In this document: positions 26,504 to 36,469 of the stretch, piece after piece
Layout of the letters: the number at the start of each line of letters is the position of its first letter
How positions within the stretch are numbered: position 1 is the first letter of the stretch
Assembly: GCA_963719945.1 (NCBI GenBank)
Contig: CAVRDX010000001.1
Location: forward strand, 520,578-584,577
Origin: an uncultured Thermoplasmata archaeon
Lineage (GTDB): Archaea > Thermoplasmatota > Thermoplasmata > UBA10834
Direction of reading: 5' to 3'
DNA: 64,000 bases
Position numbers and translations under genes: made by a program
Notes under the pieces: model-generated
What the model was told of the DNA's origin: nothing
Seen by the model: the letters and a program-made list of their open reading frames with translations, nothing else
Database searches by the model: none

Positions 26504-27457
26504 ATGCGCACAAAACTGAAACCTATAACGGACATGGAGATCACGCCCGATATGAGCGTGAGCGAACTGACATCTCAGATGTTTGCATCAGGCGGATTCA
26601 CTGCGAAGAAGCTCGGTCAAGCATGCGAAATATTGCGCAGCATGCTGAAGGAGAAGAATTGCACGATCTTCCTATCCTTCCCTGCATGCATAATATCGAC
26701 CGGCACGAGAGGGGTCATCAGGAAACTGGTAGAGGAGAAATTGGTCGATGTGATCATAACCACATGCGGAACGTTGGACCACGACCTCGCCCGCGTCTGG
26801 AAGAAATACTATCACGGCGATTTCCTCATGGATGACGCAGACCTTCACAAGAAAGGTATCAACAGGCTCGGGAACATCTTGATACCGAACGAAAGCTATG
26901 GTATAGTCCTAGAGCAGAAGATGCAGCCAATCCTGAGAGACCTATACAAGTCAGGAAAGAAGACCCTATGCAGTCGGCAGCTGGCTGAGGAGTTCGGCCT
27001 CCGCATAGAGGACAAGAATTCCATATTGTATTGGGCATCGAGGAACCAGATACCGATATACATACCAGGCATAACGGACGGCGCATTTGGAGCTCAGCTA
27101 TGGCTGTTCAGGCAGCAGCATCCGGATTTCACAGTCGATGTCCTCAAGGACGAGCAGGAATTGTCTGATATAGTATTCACCTCCAAGAAGGCAGGCGCTT
27201 TGATGATCGGCGGTGGAATATCTAAGCACCATGTCATATGGTGGAATCAGTTCAGGGACGGGCTAGACTATGCCGTCTACCTGACGACTGCAGAGGAATA
27301 TGACGGTTCATTATCCGGAGCCAGGATACGTGAGGCAGTCAGCTGGGGAAAGGTCAAGGAATCGGCAAAATACGTCACAGTCGAGGGTGATGCGACCATA
27401 ACCATGCCGATAATCGGCGTGTCAATGTTGAGTGCAAACAGGCCAGCAAGAGATTAA
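26504..27457 (+). CDS. dys: Deoxyhypusine synthase (canonical archaeal-size copy)
   Basis: 'GGFTAKKLGQACEIL...TTCGTLDHDL...IPGITDGAFG...GGGISKHHVIWWN...EAVSWGKV' including the catalytic Lys motif. Confidence 0.85.
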   Translation: MRTKLKPITDMEITPDMSVSELTSQMFASGGFTAKKLGQACEILRSMLKEKNCTIFLSFPACIISTGTRGVIRKLVEEKLVDVIITTCGTLDHDLARVWKKYYHGDFLMDDADLHKKGINRLGNILIPNESYGIVLEQKMQPILRDLYKSGKKTLCSRQLAEEFGLRIEDKNSILYWASRNQIPIYIPGITDGAFGAQLWLFRQQHPDFTVDVLKDEQELSDIVFTSKKAGALMIGGGISKHHVIWWNQFRDGLDYAVYLTTAEEYDGSLSGARIREAVSWGKVKESAKYVTVEGDATITMPIIGVSMLSANRPARD

Positions 27458-27497
27458 TAGTGTTCAGTATGGTTACCTATGTAGGGGAGCGCTAGAA

Positions 27498-28565
27498 ATG
27501 AGTCCAAATGAAGGTGGTCCGGAAATACCCGTCACTCAGGACCTGGTTGCATTTGCAAGAGAGTACTTCAAAGCATATATGGACACCATCGAGGAGAAGA
27601 AACCGCAGACATATCCGAGGTTCGCTCAAGACGCGCCATATGCGATCCGAGTCTACATTCTCCCGAACAGCTGCATATGCATGATTTTCAACTCCGCCAA
27701 GGAACTTACCTTGAGCGGTGACGAGAAGGAATGGGATGAAGTCCAGGACATGATTGTAAAAGGAGTGGACCACTTCGCAGGGTTCTATCCTTTCGAAGGC
27801 AGGTCCCTAGGCGATTGGGCCAAGCGGGGAAAGCGCGATGCATTGAGAGACTTGCGCCTCCTCGACAAGTCGGAGCTTGCGCGGGCGGGAGCCGAACTCG
27901 AAGGAGTTATGGAGAACATAACGAAGATGATCAAAGCGAACCCCTGGCTGAGCAAGTCGGGCACTGAGGTCATCACCACCCTCAAGAATCTTGATGGACG
28001 AGTTCGGGGAGGATTCCCGACCGTCGATGCGATCGCGAACCTGCAATCGATGAAAGCATACACACCTGGCTCTGAGAATGTCAGCATAGAATTCCCAGAC
28101 AGGGAGGTCCTCGACCGCATATTGGAGAGCATAAAGGACGTCGCAGCTGTCGAGAGCAAGCTAGATATGGTCGAGACAAGGATGTTTGAGATGGAGAAGG
28201 TAGCCCAAACACCCGACCCGTCTGACAAGCTCATCGACATAAGTGATCGTGTTGACAGACTCGAGAAACAACTCGAGAAGGTATCAAACATACTGACGAT
28301 GCTCAATTCTAAGGTCGAAAGCTATTTCTCAAAGACCGCGGAAAAGGAGCGTCAGGCGGACCTCGAGCTTCGAATAGAAGAGCATACATCCAAAGCGCTC
28401 TCTCACGAATCGAAGATCGCATCCTTGGAAAAGGAGGCCGAGAGCCTGGTCGCCGAGATGAAGCAGATGACGGTCAGGATGGATAAGGACATCCATGACA
28501 GCAGGAAGAGGATTGCAAGGGTCGAGAAGCATTTTGTGGATTTTGCCAAGCTAGTCCAAGAATGA
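27498..28565 (+). CDS. Hypothetical protein with C-terminal coiled coil
   Basis: ATG at 27498 preceded by GGGGAG at 27484-27489. The C-terminal ~130 aa are heptad-like ('LEKQLEKVSNILTMLNSKVESYF...'). Confidence 0.6.
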   Translation: MSPNEGGPEIPVTQDLVAFAREYFKAYMDTIEEKKPQTYPRFAQDAPYAIRVYILPNSCICMIFNSAKELTLSGDEKEWDEVQDMIVKGVDHFAGFYPFEGRSLGDWAKRGKRDALRDLRLLDKSELARAGAELEGVMENITKMIKANPWLSKSGTEVITTLKNLDGRVRGGFPTVDAIANLQSMKAYTPGSENVSIEFPDREVLDRILESIKDVAAVESKLDMVETRMFEMEKVAQTPDPSDKLIDISDRVDRLEKQLEKVSNILTMLNSKVESYFSKTAEKERQADLELRIEEHTSKALSHESKIASLEKEAESLVAEMKQMTVRMDKDIHDSRKRIARVEKHFVDFAKLVQE

Positions 28566-28572
28566 GATCCTT

Positions 28573-29583
28573 ATGAAGCGGATATGTGTCCTCCCTGGTG
28601 ATGGTATCGGACCTGAGGTGATAGCTCAGGCGGTCCGAGTTCTCGAATCAGTCACCGATGAGCTGGAATTCAAGTACTTGCCTATCGGTTCAGCTGCCTT
28701 CGAGAAGACTGGATGCTCCATCACGGATGACACCCTGCAACATATGAGGGACGCTGATAGCTGCCTATTCGGAGCGGTTACCTCATCGATGGATAGGGGA
28801 TACAAATCCCCGGTCCTCAGATTCCGGAAAGATTTGGACCTATTCGCTAATGTCAGACCGGTCAGGAGCCTGCACGCGTTGCCTGGTAAACTATACACGG
28901 ACCTCATCATAGTCAGGGAGAACACAGAAGGGATGTATACCCAAGACGAGGCTGTGGACTCCGACGGCGTGACCACATATAGAAGGGTGTCTCGCCACGC
29001 ATGCGAAAGGATAGTCAGGTTCGCTTTCGAACTTTGCCAGTCAAGGGAAAAGAGACGGATATGTTGCGTGCACAAAGCAAATGTGCTTCGCGAATCGGAT
29101 GGACTCTTCCTGAAGATATTCAATGAGATATCGGAGGACTTCAGTGAAGATATCGAAGCCAACGACCAACTAGTCGACTCAGCAGCCATGAACATTGTGA
29201 CCGACCCAGCTAGGTTCGAAGTCATAGTCACCCTGAATCTCTATGGGGACATCTTATCGGACGTCGCTGCAGGAATGGTCGGCGGCCTTGGATTCGCACC
29301 TTCGGGCAACATTGGACCATCTAATTCTGTCTTCGAACCGTGCCATGGCTCGGCCCCAGACATCTCTGGAAAAGGGATTGCGAACCCAACCGCTGCGATT
29401 CTGGCATCGGCGATGATGTTGAGACATCTGGGGATGGTTAGAGAAGGAGATTCTGTGGAGAATGCAGTCGAAAGCGCATATTCCTCCGGGAACCTTACAA
29501 TGGACATCGGCGGATTGAATGACTCAGTCAGATTCACTGACTCCGTCATCGCAGCCATTAGGAAGAATCCGTGTCCTCTATGA
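28573..29583 (+). CDS. Isopropylmalate/homoisocitrate/isocitrate dehydrogenase family enzyme
   Basis: 'ICVLPGDGIGPEV', 'VRENTEGMY' and 'NLYGDILSDVAAGMVGGLG' are the family signature. Confidence 0.85.
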   Translation: MKRICVLPGDGIGPEVIAQAVRVLESVTDELEFKYLPIGSAAFEKTGCSITDDTLQHMRDADSCLFGAVTSSMDRGYKSPVLRFRKDLDLFANVRPVRSLHALPGKLYTDLIIVRENTEGMYTQDEAVDSDGVTTYRRVSRHACERIVRFAFELCQSREKRRICCVHKANVLRESDGLFLKIFNEISEDFSEDIEANDQLVDSAAMNIVTDPARFEVIVTLNLYGDILSDVAAGMVGGLGFAPSGNIGPSNSVFEPCHGSAPDISGKGIANPTAAILASAMMLRHLGMVREGDSVENAVESAYSSGNLTMDIGGLNDSVRFTDSVIAAIRKNPCPL

Positions 29584-30084
29584 CGACAACTCTTTCGCCC
29601 CTGAAGCGGGCCTGCGCAGACTCCTCAATTCCGAAACGATATATTTTAGGAAAGAAGAATCAGAGTATAGAGATTTGTAGAACGAGTACCTGATCCACAA
29701 CAATGTCCCTGAAGCACATGCCATTAGTATCAGCTCAGGTCCGGAGAACACTCCGAGTAATGAATCTTCCAACCAATCCATAGATATGTGGATCCCCCAG
29801 AATATCAATGGAACCGCGATTCTCGATGCGGTAGAGATGGGCCCTACAATCATTATGGATATTGGGCTATGTAGAAGAGATTTCCATTGACCGTCGGCAT
29901 TCATCAGCGATTTTAAATCGAAAATGCTGGCAATACCATTTGTCTTAGCATATGAATTCAAACCGAACAGGTGATCAACATCTATGATGACACCGAACAT
30001 GAGCGCTACAAATGCATCATTCCTATCGAGAGATAGCAATTGTATCAGCAACAGGCTAACAGCGAGGTGTGTGATCGCCAGCAT
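29578..30084 (-). CDS. Membrane-bound metal-dependent hydrolase-like protein (DUF457/YdjM-like)
   Basis: 'MLAITHLAVSLLL...IIDVDHLF' with ~4-5 TM segments. The ATG at 30084 is preferred over the longer ORF. Confidence 0.5.
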   Translation of the reverse strand: MLAITHLAVSLLLIQLLSLDRNDAFVALMFGVIIDVDHLFGLNSYAKTNGIASIFDLKSLMNADGQWKSLLHSPISIMIVGPISTASRIAVPLIFWGIHISMDWLEDSLLGVFSGPELILMACASGTLLWIRYSFYKSLYSDSSFLKYIVSELRSLRRPASGAKELSS

Positions 30085-30272
30085 ATTCTGCCATCGGTCC
30101 CGTTTTCGAGAAACACCATTCTCACGCCCAATATATCTCCGTATCGGCGATTTCGATCTAGACTGGCCAAGACCGACAGACACATCGAATCATCAATGAA
30201 CCGATTTTGCTCATGATGATTAGACGCAATGTTGCATTCAGCCATACTATATCGGCACAAGAAAAATCGAAG

Positions 30273-30357
30273 TGCGGGGGCTGAGATTCGAACTCAGGGA
30301 CTCCTTCGAGACCAGACCCTCAATCTGGCGCCGTTGACCGGGCTTGGCTACCCCCGC
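30273..30357 (-). tRNA. tRNA-Leu (anticodon GAG)
   Basis: Reverse complement: acceptor GCGGGGG/CCCCCGC, anticodon arm CCAGA-TTGAGGG-TCTGG, long variable arm, T arm CTGAG-TTCGAAT-CTCAG. No encoded CCA. Confidence 0.9.
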
Positions 30358-30611
30358 TTGATGGTGCTGGCATTCGGTCGATATATGTTCCCTCATTAAA
30401 GCCTTTCGTATCGATGAGTGCATGTCACGCATCATAAACGAAGGCATGATGCACTATGAGATATCGAGCGGGCCAGTAGTCGCAATGAACATACATGTCT
30501 ATCATTGTTCTCCGGATATCAGTAAATAAATACTCATTTGCAATACGGTGTACCCGAAGCACACAGTCGGAGCTAGCTCTGACCGTGGAAGCCAAACAGG
30601 GGAATGTTAAA

Positions 30612-32078
30612 ATGATCGGTTTCCCGAAAGGAAAAATCGCGTTCCGAATGTTCCAGGAGAAGGACCTGGAATCACTTCACTGGGGAACGTTGGACGTGCT
30701 CGAGAACGCAGGAATAAAGGTCTTCAGCGAAGAATGTCTGAAGCTCCTTGAGGATGCAGGGGCCACTGTGGATTACAAGCAGAGCAGTGCCAAGATCCCC
30801 GGAAACCTCGTTGAGGAGGCCATAACCAAGGCAAAGAAGAACATAACACTCTTTGCAAGGAACCCGAAGAACGATGTGGTACTCGATGGACGAAGAGTCT
30901 ATTGCTGCACTGATGGAAACGGCACTGGTGTTATGGATTTCGAGACCGGAAAGAGACGCATGTCTACGAGCAAGGACCTTGAGATGGTTGGCAAGGTCGC
31001 AAATGCTCTCGACTCCGCGCACATCTTCTGGCCTTGTGTGAGCAGCCAAGACATACCTGATTATTACAGGCATGTCGTGGATCTCAAAGTCGCATTAATG
31101 AGCATCGAGAAGCATGTTCAGGTAGAGACGACCAGCCACCGCAGAGAAGCACAATGGCTCGTCAAACTCGGTTCCGCGCTCGCAGGTGGCGAGAAGGAAT
31201 TGAGAAGGAGGCCAATATTCTCATCCATGCACTGCCCGTTCTCCCCGCTCCAGCTTGACGGAGGTTCGACTGAAGGTGCTCTTGCACTCGCAAGGGCCGG
31301 CGTGCCGATATCGTTCTACGGAATGCCACAGGCAGGCATCACCGGGCCTGTGACACTCGCAGGATCAATCATTGTGAATAACGCTGAAGTACTAGCTGGC
31401 CTAACGATGGCACAGCTCGCAGCCCCCGGCTCACCGTTCATGTACGGGACGGGCGGAGCAGCATTCGATATGAAGACAATGACTTGGGCAGGCGGCGGAC
31501 CGGAGAGAGCGCTAATATCCAGTGGAGCAGGAGAACTAGCTCATTGGTACGGATTCCCGATCCTTTGTGGTGGAATAGTCACCTCCGCGAAGGTACCTGG
31601 CCCACAGTCCTGCTATGAGAAGATGTCTAGCGGAATGCCACAGTTCTACGCGGGCTGCGACATGATTGCGGGATTGGGTCTCCTTGACGATGTTTCTATG
31701 CTCTGCTATGAGCAGATGGTCATCGACAACGAAATGGTCAAGATAATGGCTAGACTCGCTCAAGGCGTCATCGTTGACGACGAACACATGGCAATCGACC
31801 TGATCAAGAAGGTCGGACCCGGCGGTAGCTTCCTGCCAGAAAGACACACCATGAACTGGCTTCACAAAGAGCATTTCATGACTGAGATAACTGACAGGAG
31901 GACTGGCGAGATATGGGAAGCGGATGGCAAGAAGAGTGCCGTCGACCGCGCCAGGGAGAAGGCTGCCAAGATCATGAAGGAGCATGTGGTCCAGCCTGTC
32001 GCAGCTGAGGTCTCGAAGCGGTTCGAAGACATAATCGTAGCCGCGGAGAAGGACATCCGCGAGAATGGACTCAACTGA
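30612..32078 (+). CDS. MttB-superfamily methyltransferase (trimethylamine methyltransferase homolog, non-pyrrolysine)
   Basis: 'LESLHWGTLDVLENAGIKVFSEECLKLLEDAGATVD' and full-length colinearity with MttB-type proteins. The frame is uninterrupted, with no in-frame TAG. Confidence 0.8.
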   Translation: MIGFPKGKIAFRMFQEKDLESLHWGTLDVLENAGIKVFSEECLKLLEDAGATVDYKQSSAKIPGNLVEEAITKAKKNITLFARNPKNDVVLDGRRVYCCTDGNGTGVMDFETGKRRMSTSKDLEMVGKVANALDSAHIFWPCVSSQDIPDYYRHVVDLKVALMSIEKHVQVETTSHRREAQWLVKLGSALAGGEKELRRRPIFSSMHCPFSPLQLDGGSTEGALALARAGVPISFYGMPQAGITGPVTLAGSIIVNNAEVLAGLTMAQLAAPGSPFMYGTGGAAFDMKTMTWAGGGPERALISSGAGELAHWYGFPILCGGIVTSAKVPGPQSCYEKMSSGMPQFYAGCDMIAGLGLLDDVSMLCYEQMVIDNEMVKIMARLAQGVIVDDEHMAIDLIKKVGPGGSFLPERHTMNWLHKEHFMTEITDRRTGEIWEADGKKSAVDRAREKAAKIMKEHVVQPVAAEVSKRFEDIIVAAEKDIRENGLN

Positions 32079-32177
32079 GACCGTCAGAAAAACTATTAGT
32101 ATAAACCAACTACGGGCGGATGGTGCTTGGAGGAAGCCTCCGCCCTTAGAAACATCTTATCTCGGGTGATCTAGGCT

Positions 32178-33122
32178 TTGATACCGTTGGAGCTGGTGCG
32201 AGAGTTCGAACAGCAGATGCACAACCTTCGAATCGGGCACACGTCATTTAGAAGAGCTTCTAGGCTCGAGAAAAAGCTCGGTATCAGACGGCTGCATCTC
32301 AAGCTGGAATCGGAGAATTCTTCAGGGACGCACAAGGACCGTTCCGCCCTTCTATACGCACTCGATGCAAGGAAGAAGGGAAAGAACACCTTGGCCGCAG
32401 TGACATGCGGCAACTACGGCGCAGCGCTCGCCTATGTGTGTTCAAAGCTCGACATGAACTGCCAGGTCTACGTACCATCAGAGTTTGCGTCGAGCAGGAA
32501 CAAGGACATAGAGGCTTTTGGTGGCAATGTTGTCATAGCGCAGGGAGACTACGAGGCCGCGCTCAATGCCTGCGTGAAGGACACGACTGCAAACGGATGG
32601 TACAACGCCAATCCAGGTGGTCCTGACAAAGAGCTCGCTGTATACTCATACTCATTCATAGCAAGGGAGATAGCACAGGAACTGGGGAGACAGCCTGATT
32701 GGATATCCGTACCATTTGGAAACGGGACGCTACTTGCAGGCATTTGGCAAGGGTTCCGCGCAATGAGCATGAAACCCAGAATCCTTGGCTACTCCAACAA
32801 CAACTCTGCAATCCATGGTCTGGTTAACAAGTCACGAGTGCCCATCCCAGTGAACGGGTTGACAATAACAGAGGTGAATGAGCCATTGGCAGGCAATTTT
32901 CTCCTCGACTACATAGACGGAATGAACGCGATACTGGAATCCAATGGGGCAGCTTTCGAGATATCTGACGAAGAGATGTTGAAAGCGTCCAAGCTCATCA
33001 TGGATCAGGAATCCCTCGATATCCTACCAGCATCGGCCGGGGCGATCACTGCCATCACAAGATTAGAATCGCGCAACCACACATTCGCTGCCGTCATAAC
33101 AGGCCGAGGGCACCACGGTTAG
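32178..33122 (+). CDS. PLP-dependent enzyme, tryptophan-synthase-beta fold (PALP family)
   Basis: 'LESENSSGTHKDRSALLYAL' (PLP-lysine motif similar to SxKDR) and 'VTCGNYGAALAYV'. TTG start. Confidence 0.7.
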   Translation: MIPLELVREFEQQMHNLRIGHTSFRRASRLEKKLGIRRLHLKLESENSSGTHKDRSALLYALDARKKGKNTLAAVTCGNYGAALAYVCSKLDMNCQVYVPSEFASSRNKDIEAFGGNVVIAQGDYEAALNACVKDTTANGWYNANPGGPDKELAVYSYSFIAREIAQELGRQPDWISVPFGNGTLLAGIWQGFRAMSMKPRILGYSNNNSAIHGLVNKSRVPIPVNGLTITEVNEPLAGNFLLDYIDGMNAILESNGAAFEISDEEMLKASKLIMDQESLDILPASAGAITAITRLESRNHTFAAVITGRGHHG

Positions 33123-33373
33123 GCCGTCGACCTATGTACAATTCTGTCCTAGCGAACATACCGTTCAATGGCCAAGTCCGTCCAGACAAGATATTAATAT
33201 ATCGACAATCATCTGCAAACCCGGTACAAATGTCCGCTGGTCAAGTCAATCTGACGCTTCTTCTTAGGACCCTAGAGGTCATTGTCGACCTGCGGATTGT
33301 AGGCCTGTGATGGGCACACGACCTGAGAGGTGTTGTGTCCATACGGGCAGGATTTGAGGAGTGTGATTTAGAG

Positions 33374-35056
33374 ATGAAAGGTGCCAGAGCCGCCGTGAAA
33401 TTGCTGGAGAAGCAGAATGTCGATTTGATGTTTGGCATCCCTGGCGGCGTTCTACTTCCGTTCTACGATGAGCTCGTTGACACGGATATCAGGCACATCC
33501 TTGTACGCCATGAACAGTGCTCGGCACACATGGCTGACGGTTATGCGAGAGTATCCAAGAGACCTGGCGTTTGCGTAGCGACCTCAGGACCAGGAGCCAC
33601 GAATCTGGTAACTGGCGTAGCCACCGCGTTCATGGACTCATCACCTATAATAGCGATAACAGGCCAGGTCGCGACAGGAGTGCTCGGGAACGATGCATTT
33701 CAGGAAGCAGACTCTTTCAGCCTGATGATGCCGATAACGAAGCACAACTTCAGGATAACTGACCCAAAGGACCTCCCTGAATCAATCAACCGGGCGTTCA
33801 TGATAGCCACGACAGGGAGATATGGACCTGTCCACATAGACATACCAACGGACATATTCCAGGCAGAATACAACGAAGAGGACCTCGATGTGAAGGCGAG
33901 GGTGCCAAAGCCACGCAGGAACCTCTCTGGCCTCCTGGACGCGATCAAGCTACTTGAATCAGCGGAGAGGCCCACCATAATGGTGGGTGGAGGAGTCACA
34001 TGGTCACGTGCGGGGCCGGAGATCACCGTGCTCTCCGATATGTTGATGGCGCCTATTGTCACCACATTAATGGCAAAAGGCTCCGTTCCTGATAACCATC
34101 CACTTGTCCTGGGCGTATGCGGAATGCATGGGAAACAGGTGGCCAACTATGCATTGAACAACTGCGACGTCCTGTTAGCGATTGGAACCAGGTTCAGTGA
34201 CAGAGTGACCGGCAAACTCAGCGAGTTCGGGACCAAGACGAAGGTCGTTCACGTCGATATCGACTCGTCAGAGATAGGTAAGAATGTGAAAGGCAGGGTC
34301 GGCCTCGTGGGTGATGCGTGGACAGTCGTAAACGCCCTCATAGCGGGCCTGCAGAAGCGGAAGAAGAAGGCCACCTGGGTCGAGAGGATAAAGATACTCA
34401 AGAAGGAATGCACCTGCGACTACAACATCAAATCAAATCCCATCAAACCACAAAAGGTCATATATGAACTGTCGAAGCTATTGCCCGATGATGCCATCGT
34501 CACGACCGAGGTGGGCCAGAACCAGATGTGGGCACTCCACTTCTACGAATGCTATGGCAACCGCATGTTCATCACATCAGGCGGTCTCGGGACCATGGGT
34601 TTCGGGTTCCCTGCGGCCATCGGTGCGAAATTGGCTAGACCAGATAGCGTCGTCGCGGATATTGCAGGCGATGGCAGCCTGCAGATGGTCTCGCATGAGT
34701 TCGCGACAGCGGTCGAGAACGACATACCAGTGATCGTGTGCCTGATGAATAACGGATGGCTCGGCAACGTCAAGCAATGGCAGAAGCTGTTTTATGGCTC
34801 GAGATACATTGCGACCGAGTTCGGAAGGAACCCCGATTTCGTCAAGCTCGCAGAGGCCTATGGGGCGGATGCGATAAGGGTGGAGAAGCAGTCCGAGGTC
34901 GCAGAAGCCATTCGGAGAGGAGTGAAATCCCAGATCCCGATATTGCTCGATTTCGTGATAGATCCCGAGGAGGATGTCCTTCCAATGACCCCGCCTGGCA
35001 AGGCATCCTCGGAATGCATAAATGGAAGATGCATCTGGAAAGGAGGTGGCGATTAG
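33374..35056 (+). CDS. ilvB: Acetolactate synthase large subunit
   Basis: 'GARAAVKLLEKQNVDLMFGIPGG...HEQCSAHMADGYARV...GPGATNLVTG' and the ThDP motif 'GDGSLQM...NNGWLG'. Confidence 0.9.
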   Translation: MKGARAAVKLLEKQNVDLMFGIPGGVLLPFYDELVDTDIRHILVRHEQCSAHMADGYARVSKRPGVCVATSGPGATNLVTGVATAFMDSSPIIAITGQVATGVLGNDAFQEADSFSLMMPITKHNFRITDPKDLPESINRAFMIATTGRYGPVHIDIPTDIFQAEYNEEDLDVKARVPKPRRNLSGLLDAIKLLESAERPTIMVGGGVTWSRAGPEITVLSDMLMAPIVTTLMAKGSVPDNHPLVLGVCGMHGKQVANYALNNCDVLLAIGTRFSDRVTGKLSEFGTKTKVVHVDIDSSEIGKNVKGRVGLVGDAWTVVNALIAGLQKRKKKATWVERIKILKKECTCDYNIKSNPIKPQKVIYELSKLLPDDAIVTTEVGQNQMWALHFYECYGNRMFITSGGLGTMGFGFPAAIGAKLARPDSVVADIAGDGSLQMVSHEFATAVENDIPVIVCLMNNGWLGNVKQWQKLFYGSRYIATEFGRNPDFVKLAEAYGADAIRVEKQSEVAEAIRRGVKSQIPILLDFVIDPEEDVLPMTPPGKASSECINGRCIWKGGGD

Positions 35057-35419
35057 ATGGAAGTTATGATGCTCTTGGTGTACGACCAGCCCGGCGTGAT
35101 GCAACGTGTGATGGGCGAGTTCACCAGAAAGAGGATAAATGTCGAGACCATCGTGGTCGGCAAGTGTGAGATGCCTGAGAGAGCGAGGATAGTTCTCTCC
35201 GTTACGGATAAGGAGAAGGCTCACGGCGTGCTCGAACATCTGAGAGCGCTCCAGGAAGTCATAGAGGCCGATATCGTCGATTCAGATAGACACGAGGCAT
35301 ATGCCATCCTCCAAGGCAAGGAAGGGATATGCCGAGTCACAGGTACGGTGGAAGAGGTTGAGGCACTCGTAATGAAGAGCCAACCCAAGAGATACATAGA
35401 AGCTATGAATGCAATTTGA
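35057..35419 (+). CDS. ilvN: Acetolactate synthase small (regulatory) subunit, short ACT-only form
   Basis: ACT-domain start 'LLVYDQPGVMQRVMGEFTRKRINVETIVVG'. The ATG immediately follows the ilvB stop. Confidence 0.75.
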   Translation: MEVMMLLVYDQPGVMQRVMGEFTRKRINVETIVVGKCEMPERARIVLSVTDKEKAHGVLEHLRALQEVIEADIVDSDRHEAYAILQGKEGICRVTGTVEEVEALVMKSQPKRYIEAMNAI

Positions 35420-35436
35420 AAACGGAGTGGTCTAGA

Positions 35437-36417
35437 ATGGCTAGGATATACTACAACAAGGATGCGAACCTGAACGCGCTCAAGGGCAAGAAGGTCGCAG
35501 TGATAGGATACGGAATACAGGGAAGAGCCCAGTCGCTCAACCTGAGAGACAGCGGAGTGAACGTGGTAGTTGGACTCAAGTTCAGGGACGATTACTGGAA
35601 GCAGGCGAAGGCCGATAAGATGGAAGTCCTGGATATCCCTACAGCGGTAAAGAGTGCCGATATCGTCATGATGCTCATCCCAGACGAGGTCCAGAAGATG
35701 GCCTACGATGCAGAGGTAGCGCCGAACTTGAGACCAGGAATGACTCTCGACTTCGCTCACGGATTCAACATCCACTTCAAACTCATAGTCCCTCCGAAGG
35801 ACGTCGATGTCATAATGGTCGCTCCGAAGGGACCTGGTGCCTTGGTCAGAGAAACTTTCGTAGCGGGCAATGGAGTACCCGCACTGATAGCGGTCCATCA
35901 GGATGCGAGTGGGAAGGCCAAGAAGACCGCGCTTGCCATAGCGAAGGGACTCGGAGCGACAACGAAGGGAGTCATCGAAACCACCTTCACCGAGGAGACT
36001 GAGACAGACCTGTTCGGAGAGCAGGTGGACCTATGCGGTGGCGCGAGCGACCTCATAAAGAAATCGTTCGAGGTTCTGGTCGAAGCCGGCTACCAACCAG
36101 AGATCGCTTATTTCGAGGTGCTCCATGAGCTCAAACTCATAATCGATCTTGTCCAGAAGGGCGGTATCGAGGGCATGTGGAAGAACGTCTCCAACACCGC
36201 CGAATATGGCGGAAGGACACGTGGACCAAGGATAATCGATGATCGGGTCAAGAAGAACATGCAGGCCGTCCTCAAGGAGATCCAATCAGGTGCATTTGCC
36301 AAGGAATGGGTCAACGAATGCAGCTCAGGCATGGCCACACTCACCAAGCTCAGGAAAGATGGTGAGAAGGACCAGATCGAAGTCGTCGGCAAATCAATAA
36401 GGAAGATGTTCAAGTAG
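35437..36417 (+). CDS. ilvC: Ketol-acid reductoisomerase
   Basis: 'MARIYYNKDANLNALKGKKVAVIGYGIQGRAQSLNLRDSG' and 'FTEETETDLFGEQVDLCGG'. Confidence 0.92.
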   Translation: MARIYYNKDANLNALKGKKVAVIGYGIQGRAQSLNLRDSGVNVVVGLKFRDDYWKQAKADKMEVLDIPTAVKSADIVMMLIPDEVQKMAYDAEVAPNLRPGMTLDFAHGFNIHFKLIVPPKDVDVIMVAPKGPGALVRETFVAGNGVPALIAVHQDASGKAKKTALAIAKGLGATTKGVIETTFTEETETDLFGEQVDLCGGASDLIKKSFEVLVEAGYQPEIAYFEVLHELKLIIDLVQKGGIEGMWKNVSNTAEYGGRTRGPRIIDDRVKKNMQAVLKEIQSGAFAKEWVNECSSGMATLTKLRKDGEKDQIEVVGKSIRKMFK

Positions 36418-36469
36418 GCCATCCGAAAAAGACATACATGATCGATGCCTAATGTGTACATCGTAGTAG

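Noticed and set aside
30612-32078. In-frame amber codon (pyrrolysine) in the MttB homolog
   Set aside because: The frame is continuous from ATG 30612 to the TGA at 32076-32078 with no internal TAG. It is a non-Pyl family member.
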